A stretch of 64,000 nt of DNA from Guillardia theta CCMP2712 (Eukaryota > Protista > Cryptophyta): positions 65,669-129,668 of the forward strand of contig NW_005434545.1 in the NCBI RefSeq assembly GCF_000315625.1, read 5' to 3'. Position numbers and translations under genes: made by a program. This document shows positions 53,042-64,000 of this stretch, one piece after another (position 1 is the first letter of the stretch; each line of letters begins with the position of its first letter). The notes below the pieces were generated by a model. It did no database searches. It worked only from the letters and a program-made list of their open reading frames with translations, and was not told the origin of the DNA.

Positions 53042-54260
53042 CGATTCCTGACGGCTGCGAACATCAAGTTAACGACATGTCGGATTTGTTTTCCTTCCTC
53101 CACCCCCCGCTCCCCACCTTCCCCTACTATTCCCACCTTTTCGCATGATCTCTTCCTCAAACTCCTCATCGCCATCTCCCCTCTCTCCCTCCATCACCTC
53201 CCCCTCCTTCCTTGTCCACTTACCCCTCAGGCATGGACGAATATCGTTCTATTTCTGGTATGGCCCTCGTCCCCACTCATAATAATCATCACCCTCATTC
53301 TCATCAGAAATTTTCAAGCCCCTCATCTCCCCTCAGTCCCATCTCAAGACGTTATGAATTATGGGGTGGGTGGTAACAGCTCAAGTCCGATAGGTACCCC
53401 CAATTTGTCCTTTCCAATGATGGGTACTTTTGGGATTGTGTTGGGGTGCCTGCCTCCAAAGGGAGGGTCATGGTGGAGGCGGGGGGGAAATGGGGGGTGG
53501 GGGTGCAAGGGGAGGCGGGGGGCCATTTGGTGGTGCGGCAGCATGGCGGAGGGTTGGAGCAGAGAATGGCGCTAGGGACGGAGGAACGAGTTTGTGTGTG
53601 GAGAAGAGTACAGTGAGGTAGCTCAAGAGGTAGGTGATAAGGGTGAAGCGAGAAGAAACAACGAGGAGGAGAGCATGTGGAAGGTGGAGAGGAGGGAAAA
53701 GTGAACTAGAGGGAGTACGGGGTAAAAAGTCGCAAGGAGGGAGGAAGGTTTGTAGTTGGGAGGCAGGACGAGAAGAGCTGTAGAGGGATACGATATCTGA
53801 GGATAAATGAGTAGGTAGTGAAATGGGTGGGAAGAATGAAATCGGTGCAGAGGGCAAAGAATGAAAGATTTAACGGACATTCGCGTTTAGACGAATTAAT
53901 GTTTGAGTAGAGACAGCAATAAGAGAGAACGACAGGCGAAATCATGGACTAAGACGAGCCATATGCTGCAAAGTGCTACTGCCTCCTAGACGTGGTGATA
54001 TCACATAACATAAGTAGAGGGCGGATCGAAATAATCAGGGATATCTTCAAAAATACGATTGAGGGCTTCAGCATGTGGAGTACGAATGGGTAAATGAAAT
54101 TGCCGTAAGATGCAAGATGAATAGGTAGAAGCATATGAATAGAGACGAGAAGAAAAGCAAACACGAGAAACAGGGTATGAAGACATCCGACAAGCTCTGA
54201 CATCACAGCAGGAGTGCTGATTCGAGCTGAACAATGAAATAATCGGTGTGGTTGACGCAA

Positions 54261-57200
54261 ATGGAGCAACCAAAAAGGGCTCACCCCCGAGGACGTGTCA
54301 AACCGAACCTTGCTCTGCTTGGCAAGAAGGTGTTTGTCACTCCGACAGACAAGTCCAGCCAGAACGAAACCGCTGCCGATGAGTCTCCATTGCCGGAGAA
54401 CTCCAACGAGGGCGAACAGAACGTAAGCCTACCAATATCTTGCAACACAGAGTGCACTCAAGCATCGAGCCCAAAGTCAGTTCAGGAATCTGTGAATGGG
54501 GAGAAGGGCGATCTCCATCAAAGCCCTGACCCCAAGGAGTCGGACGTTCATAGTGCACGTAGCACCCAAACTGCCGATGCTCCATCGGGTGCCGGCAACG
54601 CCCAGCAACAAGTATCAGAAAGGTCTGGCTCACAAGTCCATTCAGACGGTGCTGAGAATGCAGCCAGTAGCGGTATGGTCTTTGCCTGTAAGGTCTGCCT
54701 CCGTTGGTGTGAACGTGAACTTGCAGCCAATGGTGCCAATGACGCCCAAGGCGGGTCGGAGGCAGAGAGTTCAGCGACGAGCCAAGGTGACTCTTGTTGT
54801 CTTGTCTCGATCTCATCTCAACATCCTAGCGAAACGTGCGCATCCTCGAGGGCGAGTAGCGCCAAAGATCGGAAGCAAAGTCTTCTCAGCTCCATCGGCC
54901 AGCAAAGCAGCAGGTGTGTACCAGCGCCGGTAGCTGATTGACCCCTCACATCCTCCTCCCTGCTTTCTGTTGTTTCAGAACCACCCGAATCTCCGACAAG
55001 GGCTGAGACGAGTGAGACGCAGCTGGAAGTGGTGATCCTCTTGCGGATTCACCGGGTGAAGCAGACCAGTTGACTTTCCTTGACCAGCCCACACCAACCG
55101 CCAATGAGGAGTCAGCTCCAGCTGCTGATCACGGAGAGCCCGAGGTAAGCGATCAAGGCTTTCTTCTATGAGCCTCTGCCAACCCTCTCTCAGCAAATGA
55201 CACAGGTTGACCAGGTCAGCTCAAGTCCAGCTGCCCAAGTTGAGGCTGGATCTAATCAGTCAGGTACTCGCGTTGTCAACTTTACGATTCGGATCTGACG
55301 TGCATTGCATCTTTGCAGAAGCAAAGAAAAGCCGAGCTCATCCTCGAGGAAAGTAAGAAGATGTGCATGGATGTGCCTTCTCTGAACCGTCGATCTTTAT
55401 CCGTGAACTTGGTTAAACTATCTCTTGTTGTAGAGCCGTTCCAAAAGTGTTCAAGTCAAATGCGAAATCTGCTCAAGACGCTGAAAAATCAAGAGAGAAA
55501 GTCCCTAGCACAGATCAACAATTACCGTCAACGAATGAAGGCGAATCAGGTTGTCAGTTGATCTCGATTGTGTCGAAATTAGGATACTGCATATCGTGTT
55601 TTGCTTCTCTGTTATGTCCTGGTTTCTGGAGTGTGTGTAACTTTTGTATTTAAGTAGCTGCTGAAGGCTCTGAAAGAGATACGGTTGCAACAACAAGAGA
55701 AGAAGAAACAATCTCGTCAGCAAGAGGGCGAGATCCAGCTCAGTCATCGCGACAAACAGCTTCGTCATCAGCTGCACGAAACTCGGCTGGAGAGGGGGAG
55801 GAACAGTCCTTTGAATTGGACGCCTTGGCTTCCGCAGGTACGAGAGACACTTGATCGTGAAGTGAAAGCCATTCATTTCATTCTTCCTATCCTTATCGTT
55901 TCTTTCCTTGCCACAGCGAGCGCTCAGTTGAAGGAGATAAGTTCCTCAGCCCGTCGATCTCAGGAGGGCGCCAGGCCTTCTTCCTTGCCTCAAGACAACC
56001 AACAGCAAGACGAGGATCCGTAGCTGCTCCTCTTAGAGACTGGCCGTTGCTCATCGTGAGATGCAGGACGTGTGCATCGGAGGAAACGACGAGGACAAGG
56101 CGGGCTCCAAAGAGAAATCGAAACTCAACGGCAGCTGGAGATGTTCCCAGCTCGCTTGCATCGGGACAAGTGAGTTTGACCATGAGGGGCCTCCGGCGAT
56201 GGTTTGACAGGCTGGTTTCGATAGAGGGACGAGTCTGAACCTCGCACTGAAGTCTCGCCGTCTGGCACAGCACAAAACAGTCCAGCTGAGAAACCAGGTG
56301 GGCAGAACGAGCAGATTGGAAGGGAGGGGTGATATTGTCAAGCAGGCCGGAAGAAGAAGTCGAATAAGAAGAAAGCTGCAGCAGAATCACACAATGGGGA
56401 CGGAGACACACAAAACGATTCAACAACGGGCAATGAGGGTGCAAGTGTGAATGGCAAGGCAGCAGAAGGAGGAGGTTGAGAACCGATTTCATGACGTCCT
56501 CTTGACAAGTCGCAGCAGGAAAGAAGCGAAAGGCCTCGGCCAAGGGCAAAGGCGTCTCCTCTGAAAGCAACGACCCCAACGCAGAACCAGCCTCAGCTGT
56601 GCAGCCTCAGTCACCCACAGCAGACTCTACCTCAGGCAGCACGAGCAAGAATGTCAACGGGGGCAGGAAGTCAGGTGGTCTCGTTCCTCCTGCTAGGGGA
56701 TCTTGACGTGCTCACTCCGCCATGGCAGAGAAACCTCGGAACTCGCGACCTCCTTCCACCCCCGAGAAGTCGGTGGAGCAGCGGACGATCCGCGAGCTCA
56801 TGCGTGACCCTTCCTACGGCATGCCCATGTCGGCTGAGGGGCAGGTCGCCCATGCCTTGTGTTGGGCCTCGTGCCCGGTGGCTCTGACTGCACATGCAGG
56901 CCAGGGCAGAGAAACGGAGGAAACGAACTGGAGAACCGAACCAGCCGACGAGCTTTGTACGTGATTGAAGCAGACCACGAGGAACCCTGACGCGTCTGAA
57001 CTTGACAGGAAAACGACGCGCCGGAGTCCCAAGTCGACAACTCAAGTGTCATGGCCCCGCAGGTGCGCCTCTCCTCCCCCCCTTGTCGCCGCCCGGTCAC
57101 GTGACCTGCTGCAGGTCCGGACGGTCGGGGGGCGCATAGTGATCGATGACAGCAGCTTGACGATCAGCAATGCGACTGAGAGGTGAAGTATCTTGTTCCA

Positions 57201-58396
57201 TTCTCGTCTCCTGGTCTCATGCTCTGCTGCAGCAATCTCGACATGTCAGATGTACGATTTGACTGACCTTCCTCTCTCTTACATCAGCCTGCGCCCTTGT
57301 CCCTCACCTGCTTGTTCTTTTCTTTCCTCTCCTCCCTCTCTCCTCCTCTCTCCCCCTCTCTCCCCCTCTCTCCCCCTCTCTCTGCCTCTTCAACTCTCTC
57401 GTTCCTACTAGCGCCTCGTTCACTGCAGCAACAGATCGTTCTTGACCAGAGCGGTCGCGGAACCAACGCCTGGAGCAAGAAGAGGAAGGTGGGAGCTCCA
57501 GGTTTCGCTCTCCATGCTCACTCGTCGTCAGCATTGCGACCGTTGGACGGCAGAAGAAACCGAAAGATTTTACGTCGGGCTCAGAAAAGTAGATCTTCTT
57601 CCCTGCGAGGTGCTGGCCACTCACACTCTGCTCCTCAGTTCGGCCTCGACTTCCAGCTGATCGCCTCGTGGATGGGAGATCGGCGAAACGACAGGCAAGG
57701 AGGAGGAGGAGAAGAGGAGGTGGAGGAGGAGGTGGAGGAGGAGGAGGAGGAGGAGGTGGTGGTGGTGGTGGTGGAGGAGGAGGAGGAGAAGGAGGTGGTG
57801 GTGGTGGTGGAGGAGGAGGTGGTGGTGTTGTTGTGGTGGTGGTGGTTTTGTGGTGGTAACAGAACCACAGGAGACACGTGAGGAACAAGTTCAAGAAGGA
57901 GGAGCGACTCAACCTCGCTAGGATAAACCAGGTGAGACCTCTCCACGTCTTCAGCTCCTTCCTGCCCCTTACCTGCCCTCAAGGCTATCGCAAACCGCAT
58001 GCCCGTCAACGACGAGGACTGGAGGAAGGTGCGTCATAGGAGAGTCTCAGTCCGCCTTGTGAGACTAGTCCAGGTGAAAGGACTCGGACCGGAGACGCTC
58101 GGACAGAACTCCAAGTGGGTGGAGGAGGAGGAGGAGGAGGAGGAGGAGGAGGAGGAGGAGGAGGAGGAGAGACTTGAGACGAGGGAGGATAGCAGCATCA
58201 TGCTTACAGCCGGCTTCCAGGATTCCGGCGCAAACGCCAGGAGCAGAGGAGGCTGCAGGTCTTCCAGGTATACGCACATGCTGAGGGCTGTTTATCATGC
58301 TCATCCATGTTCGAATCAGGAACGCCGAACGCTATGGAGCACGAGAGCGGAAGCGACTTGCCTGAAGACGATGCCAACGAGAGCGACGACTATTGA
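54261..58396 (+). CDS. BDP1: TFIIIB B'' subunit BDP1 (SANT/Myb domain), multi-exon
   Basis: QVRTVGGRIVIDDSSL, then the spliced SANT domain RWTAEETERFYVGLRKFGLDFQLIASWM..RQVRNKFKKEERLN..RINQA. There is an N-terminal RVKPNL motif. Linkage of the 5' exons to the SANT exons is inferred. Confidence 0.8.
57698..57846. repeat. (GAG/GTG)n compound microsatellite in a BDP1 intron
   Basis: Read directly; it interrupts the SANT-coding exons. Confidence 0.9.
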
Positions 58397-58829
58397 GAGG
58401 AGGAGCGACCTGTGTACTTGTAGAATACTATACCGTAACTAAACACCAGCTGCAAGCCGTTCAATGTGTAAAGCTTTCCGGTGACGGTGTGGCCCCCTGC
58501 AGAAACTTGAAAGCCAGCTAACTTGCCAGAAACTTAGAGTCGGCCATGGCGCGGCCGCCCCGCCCGCGCTGCATGATGGGTCTGCCTTCAGTGTGAGTGC
58601 CAGGGCCCTGCGGCGGCGGGCTGACTCAGTTATGATCATCCTTGTTGGGCGGCCCGGGCTGGCACTCCGATGGCAGCGGCCGGGCCCCGGTTCGGGGCCC
58701 TGCTTGCGCCGGGCCCCGACCTGGTGGGGCTCCCTGGTGCCCGACTGGTGCCCGACTCACTGGCCCGACACCGTAAAGGATGAGTGGGGATGGGGGACGC
58801 ATAAGTATACTGGAAAGAATGGTGGCGTG

Positions 58830-59508
58830 ATGGCGGGGAGGGAGGGGGGCGAGCGGGGAGAGGAGGATCTTTCTTCTCTTCCTCTTGTCTTGTGGAGCAC
58901 AGACGACGAGTCTGAAGAGAACTCGGTAGAGAACGAGCACGAGGAAGCAGCACGAGAGTTCAGCAGAACTTTTTCTTCCCTCCTGCCCTCCAGCAAGCTA
59001 GGATTCGTCACCTATGTGGTCCGGGGAAGGGACGGGGAAGGATACTCAGCGCGAAGGGGTCAGCTCACAGAGGATTGCAGAATTATTCCGCTCCATGGCA
59101 AGTATGAGAGTTCGAGCACAAGGGTGGATGGCTCAGACAGGATACCACGAGCAATTCGAAGTAGCAGTGTGGATAAGATCTCGACTCTGTACGACTTTGA
59201 TGTCTCAATCAGCCTCGAGCAGTGGCTTTCTCTGGTCAAGCAGGAGAGCAGTAGGAAGGCTCCTCTTTCCAGGAACTGGCAGTGAGTCACGTAGACACGC
59301 TGCGTGCAAGAGTTGAAACTCGTTCATGTAGGTCACTTCCGATCGACGAGCTGAGGCAGCTAGCGCTCGAGCGAGGGATGGGAGAGGACTCCAAGGAAGC
59401 GGAGCGAATCAAGTTAGTGAAGTTCTTGCGTGAGGTATCTGCATCCAACGCCGAGGTTTCATCGAACTGACTTTATTGCAGTGGGACCGCGAGTACAGAG
59501 TCCGCTGA
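58830..59508 (+). CDS. Small hypothetical protein with a C-terminal SAP/HeH-like helix pair
   Basis: Spliced end WQSLPIDELRQLALERGM....ERIKLVKFLREWD*. Confidence 0.55.
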
Positions 59509-59609
59509 TGCCTGCTGGTCGTTAGATCCGCGGGTTCAAGAAGTCAGGGATTGGAATGCGAATCCTGCGCGCCATGTAAGAATGTATCCATAAAGACACA
59601 GACATCTCG

Positions 59610-61476
59610 TCACTGGAATCCGTTGGTGAACAACTTGTGTGCGATATCCAGCGCCTGGCAGGGGTGGACTGGGTCAAGTTCTACCAACCCCGAGAATGGC
59701 AGCAACCTTCAAGGCCCAAGGGCGCGCTTTCTCCCAGAACTCCAGGATCTGCGTGTTCCTCTCACTCTCAACCCCCTCTCCTTCCTCGCAGCAGTAACCT
59801 TGTTCTTCATCTTCTCATGCGCCTTGGCTGGAGGGAGAGGCTTCTTTGCAGTAACGTACCTGCCCCGTGGTGTCAGGGTTGTGGGTGATCTCGTTCAGCA
59901 GGAAGCAACGAGGCAACCACAGGCTCTCCCTACCAGGTTCGCTTCACATTGAAATCGTCGCGCGGAGATGTTCCATTCGGGCTGACCTGGGAGGGGGTTG
60001 GAATTTCAGCCTTCACAATATCGAAGAGCGGGAGGTATTCTGAGTCACATAGCTCAGATCCCATCCTTCTGCGATCTCTGGATTGCCGAGCTCCTACGAG
60101 AAGGTGAACGAGACAAGTCGAGGGAAAAGCTCCAACTCAGCAGTACACCTGTTCAGCTACGTCTGTCCAGCCCCAAGTCTCCAAGAATCGTGCTGGGGAG
60201 TCAGTTCCCCATTGCCAACGGCTCCCATTCGTTGCCGCCGCTGCACTCACAGCACTCAACCCGATCCCTTGCGCAAACATGTCAAGACCAGACATCTTGT
60301 ACGATCGCAACTTACGGGACCCGGGTGCTGTTACGTTGGAAATCTGGGTCATGATCCTCTGCACATCGTCTTCTACCTGTTGGCACCACGTGCATCAGAA
60401 GATAGGGGGCAGGACATTTGCGGGAGGTTCAACTCACAAAGTAGTAGAGAAATCCTTCGAGTAGGAAACACGATGGGTATTGTGACTGGAAGCCGTATCC
60501 TGCCGTGACTCTAGTCAGACGGACCTCAGCTCGTAAAGGGCCCTCACTCTTCAATACGCTCATCCAGTCCTCAACCATGACGTCAACGCCGATACGGAAA
60601 GTGAGCGGGAGCTTCATGCTTCGGGCCTTCAAGTACCAACGCACGTGACAAGTCAAGTTGAGTCGTTCAACATGGCTGTGGTCACCATGTGAGAGTCCAT
60701 CCCGGCTCGTCTCAAGATGCTGTTCTTCTTGTTGATGATCTCGGGGAGGTCAAGCTCCCAGATCGTCAGCCGCTGCCCGTCCATCAGCTCTCTTGGCGTC
60801 GAGGGTGGAACCTCCGCCCAACGGAAATCCCGACCCCGCAAAGCCCTCGCATCAAACCCGGCGCCGATCAACACAACCTGTTGGTGTCATGTGATGCGAC
60901 AGTAGAGAAGCAGCTGTAACCTCTTACCTGCTTGATTCCAAGCTCATGTACTGCTTCGAAGATCAACTTATCAAAGAATTTCGTCCGAACGGCAATGCGT
61001 GCAAGCTTTGGGGGTTCTAGTTTGACAGTTTCCTCAAGCTTCGAAGGACACGTATCTCTTGCAAACAGAGCTGCGTAGGGATCGTCGATAAAGGACTGAT
61101 TCACCAAACTAACAATGCAACCACCATCAGACGCAAGGATACGGAGCTTTCTCAGAATCAATCTTTACCTCACTGCTGCTCTGTATGCAGCTATGGAGCC
61201 CGCTGTTGCTGTGATGTTCAATCCAGTGTCCTCCAAGTACCTATCTGCTCCCTTCCATGCCCTCCCTGCTGATGGTTCGGCCATGGTGGAACTTCCGCCC
61301 CTTAGAGCCTTGAGTGCATACTGTGCTTGCAAACAGGAGCCCGCAGGAGCATCGCAGTTCACTGTTCCTACACCGAGAAAGACAAGGAGGAGGAGATGTT
61401 GCGGCCATGAGCTCTTGCTTGCTCTATATTCTTCTCTCCCTCTTCTCACCATGTCGCCTCCTCCGTTCCCCGCCAT
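59610..61476 (-). CDS. SAM-dependent methyltransferase of the LCM superfamily (Rv0731c-like) with an N-terminal targeting sequence
   Basis: Segments TAGSIAAYRA, DDPYAALFA, IAVRTKFFD, QVVLIGAGFDAR, WELDLPEII..K, FLLEGFLYY and WQWGTDSP, joined across introns. Confidence 0.87.
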
Positions 61477-62098
61477 GCCGACAGGATCTGGCAGGAAAGT
61501 AGACCGGGCGCCCGAACGTCAGTGGAAAGGCAGCAAAAATATATGGTACATAATGTAATATAAGTTATATACTGTCCTGGTCCATGTCCAATTTAATTTG
61601 CTGAGGCGGTTTCCCCTTCTTCCTCGCTCATTCTTTTAGTCAGCGCACTGAAAAATGGTGACCAGGTAGCTCGCCCATGCCCTCGTCCTCCTGTCATGCT
61701 TCTACCCCCCTTCCTCTGTCCTTGCCGTCCTCGACATCCTTCTCTTCTGCGCCTTCATCTCTCCCCTCCTCCTGCGTTCTCCTCCTCTCTGAGTTTCCTT
61801 GGTTTCGTCGTTTGTTCTGGCGTGCAGGCTGTGACCTCTCTATCGTCTGGTATGATGATGGGAGGGATGAAAGGGAGGACGGACGAGAGGGCATGAAATA
61901 TTTCATGTCATGCGATGTTGGACTAGAAGTGAGGGGGAGATGGAGAGAGGAGACACAGACACAGGCACAGGCACAGGGAAAAAGTGGATCGAATCAGATC
62001 GCGTTCTAGCTGACAGCTCTTCGTGTAGGTGTGGAAGAGACAGCTCCGGAGACTGTGATCGGATGAAGATGAAAGCAAGATGAGGAGCTAATAACGAA

Positions 62099-63519
62099 AT
62101 GTCGAGCAACCCATCAGATCCCTTCACACTGTGGCTGTCCAAGCTGGACAGCATGTCATCAGACTTGCAAACTGAGCAGAGAGAAGTTGGGCTTGCTGGG
62201 TCAGGCATGGACAACCTCAAGTCATGGTTCACCGACTCGATGCCGGCACAACTGACCAACAAGCATCATTCGGATGGAGATCTGATAAAATCACTGCAAA
62301 AGCTGGTGAGACCTTTGTGATGATGAAGAGAAGTTTGTGACTTGGGTGCACTGAACGGCGTAGACGGCGCGAACCTTCGATCCTGTGGAGCCGATGTCGT
62401 GCTTCCATCCTCCTTCCATCTTCTGCTGACGCGCTCCTTCAACAGGAAATCGAATAGCAACAGCTGGCCCTGGCCATCTCAACAAGATCACGACGCCAGA
62501 GAACAGCCTGTAATTGCACGTGTCACCGAGTATCATGAGCTGAAATTTTGAAGTTGCTGGCCAAACTCAAGCCGAGTGGTCCGCCGAAAACTCTTTGCAG
62601 GTTCAAAAGAGGAGGAGGATTGGTGTGCCTTGTTATCGTTGAGCTCGCTATGCAACAGAGATCTGCCCAAGAAAACTTCCAATCCTTACGCTCACAGCGT
62701 GCTGCGCACTCCTTCCGCCGTGGCCATGGCTTCGAGAATAGAGGCCGAGGAAAGGATTCGTTCCCTTGAGATCTTCGTCTGCCTCATTTTCCTCTCTCCA
62801 GGTCTTTGTCGAGCAGCCCAACTCTTGGCGCACGCCTGATCCTACCCCTCGCTATTCAGCTCGAGAGCATCGCAGCGAGGAGGTGCTGAAGACTTCAAGG
62901 AGGTGAGCGAAGGGGAAGGAGTGAGAGGTTGCAGAGGATAGACAAGGATCAACGACGGGAGGAGCGCGGGAGTGCATCAGTGTAGCGTTTCGCTGTCATG
63001 GTTGACTGTGCTGGACAGTTTGCACAGTGCTTTCAACTCCAAACTCAATTCCAGGGACGATATTACCATCCTGTCCGGAGAAAGATTTGTAGAGAGTTTG
63101 GATCTCCCCAAGTCAGCCAGATCTCCGAGCAAGTCTGTAGATCTCGAAGGCATCAAGAATCAGGTTTTCATCGTCCACTCGACGCCGAGTCAATTGACAT
63201 CATTTCAGGTTAGGAAGCTCTCGTCGCACTTGTCTCCTCAAACGCGATCTTATGAGTGAGTCAATCATGAGTGGATGAGTTTTACATACTGTTGTGCTGA
63301 CTTCGCATGGTGCGCTTCAAGAAACGGTCCCATGACACCATCATCCCAACAGCAACTCTGCCGAGACATCACGCCAGGAATGAGGTGAACTAACTGTCAT
63401 CGCCGCTTTGATGTTGATTCAAGCTTGCAACTTAGGAACGGGGAGCTGTGGCATCAAGACCTTCAAAAACGACTGGAGAATCTCCTCTCACCCCTCAACT
63501 CATGGAAATGACCGCATGA
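62099..63519 (+). CDS. Hypothetical multi-exon protein
   Basis: Exon-like segments flanked by GT/AG run from MSSNPSDPFTLWLSKLD to ..PQLMEMTA*. No family was recognised. Confidence 0.45.
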
Positions 63520-63680
63520 GTCCATATTCTTTCACTTTACATTTCTTTTCTGTAAAACAACAAAATATCCCCTCTGAGACATTTGTATGCGAAAACCTCA
63601 AACACTGCTCATATGTCGCTCGCTCGCAAAATCAAAACATACATGGACGCCTTTCCAAGTTTTATTTTCAAAAAATTGGC

Positions 63681-64000
63681 TTAGATGATTCCAATCTTGT
63701 TGGCAACATCGAGAGCATCAAAATCCTGTGTCAAGCGCACATATGCCTTCTTGACCCCGTCCGGTCGTACAAGAGTGTTAACCTTGGAGCAGGAAATATC
63801 GTACATCTTTTTAACTGCTTGAGAGATCTGGCGCTTATTGGCACGGACATCGGTGATGAAGACAAGGGTGTTGTTGTCTTCGATCTTCTTCATCGCAGAC
63901 TCAGTAGTTAGAGGGTACCTGCATCTCCGTCACACAGACCACCTCCTCTCCCTCTCCTCCTCTCTCACTTAATAATCTGGAATTGGTCGAGCTTGTTAGC
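63681..64000 (-). CDS. RPL23A: 60S ribosomal protein L23a/uL23, 5' truncated; intron 63919-63968
   Basis: [10 protein letters not shown]|[49 protein letters not shown]. Confidence 0.97.

Noticed and set aside
57297-58009. Poly-Pro, poly-Gly and poly-Glu/Val ORFs
   Set aside because: They derive from low-complexity introns of BDP1.
59520-59575. tRNA-like fragment (GGTTCAA..GAATCC..GCCA)
   Set aside because: No cloverleaf or correctly spaced A/B boxes could be built.

Overview
Gene-dense eukaryotic nuclear DNA, most likely from a cryptophyte alga of the Guillardia/Hanusia type. That assignment is an inference from the many ~45-60 bp spliceosomal introns, GA/CT-rich low-complexity tracts, an xxA|F-type presequence and an LRGG motif. 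About 20 protein genes were reconstructed by hand across introns: CTR9 (5' truncated), two coiled-coil unknowns, an 884-aa unknown, a signal-peptide-bearing GT41 OGT-like glycosyltransferase, a SOL-like calpain, GNB1L/ASA1, ALDH3, SMG7/EST1-like, a Trp-repeat protein, a multi-TM non-RD kinase, a giant cadherin-like membrane protein, CGI121, an LRR protein, FKBP3, BDP1, an LCM-type methyltransferase and RPL23A (5' truncated). There are two minisatellites and several microsatellites. No rRNA, tRNA, CRISPR array or transposase was recognised. The most interesting candidate is the calpain at 17479-20579 (-). It combines a PIP-like motif, a GRF zinc finger, an intact Cys-His-Asn triad, two UIM-like motifs, two SIM-like motifs and a C-terminal p97-binding-like motif. 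This is the adaptor set of Wss1/SPRTN DNA-protein-crosslink proteases, here on a calpain core. Exon boundaries are hand-read and approximate where stated.
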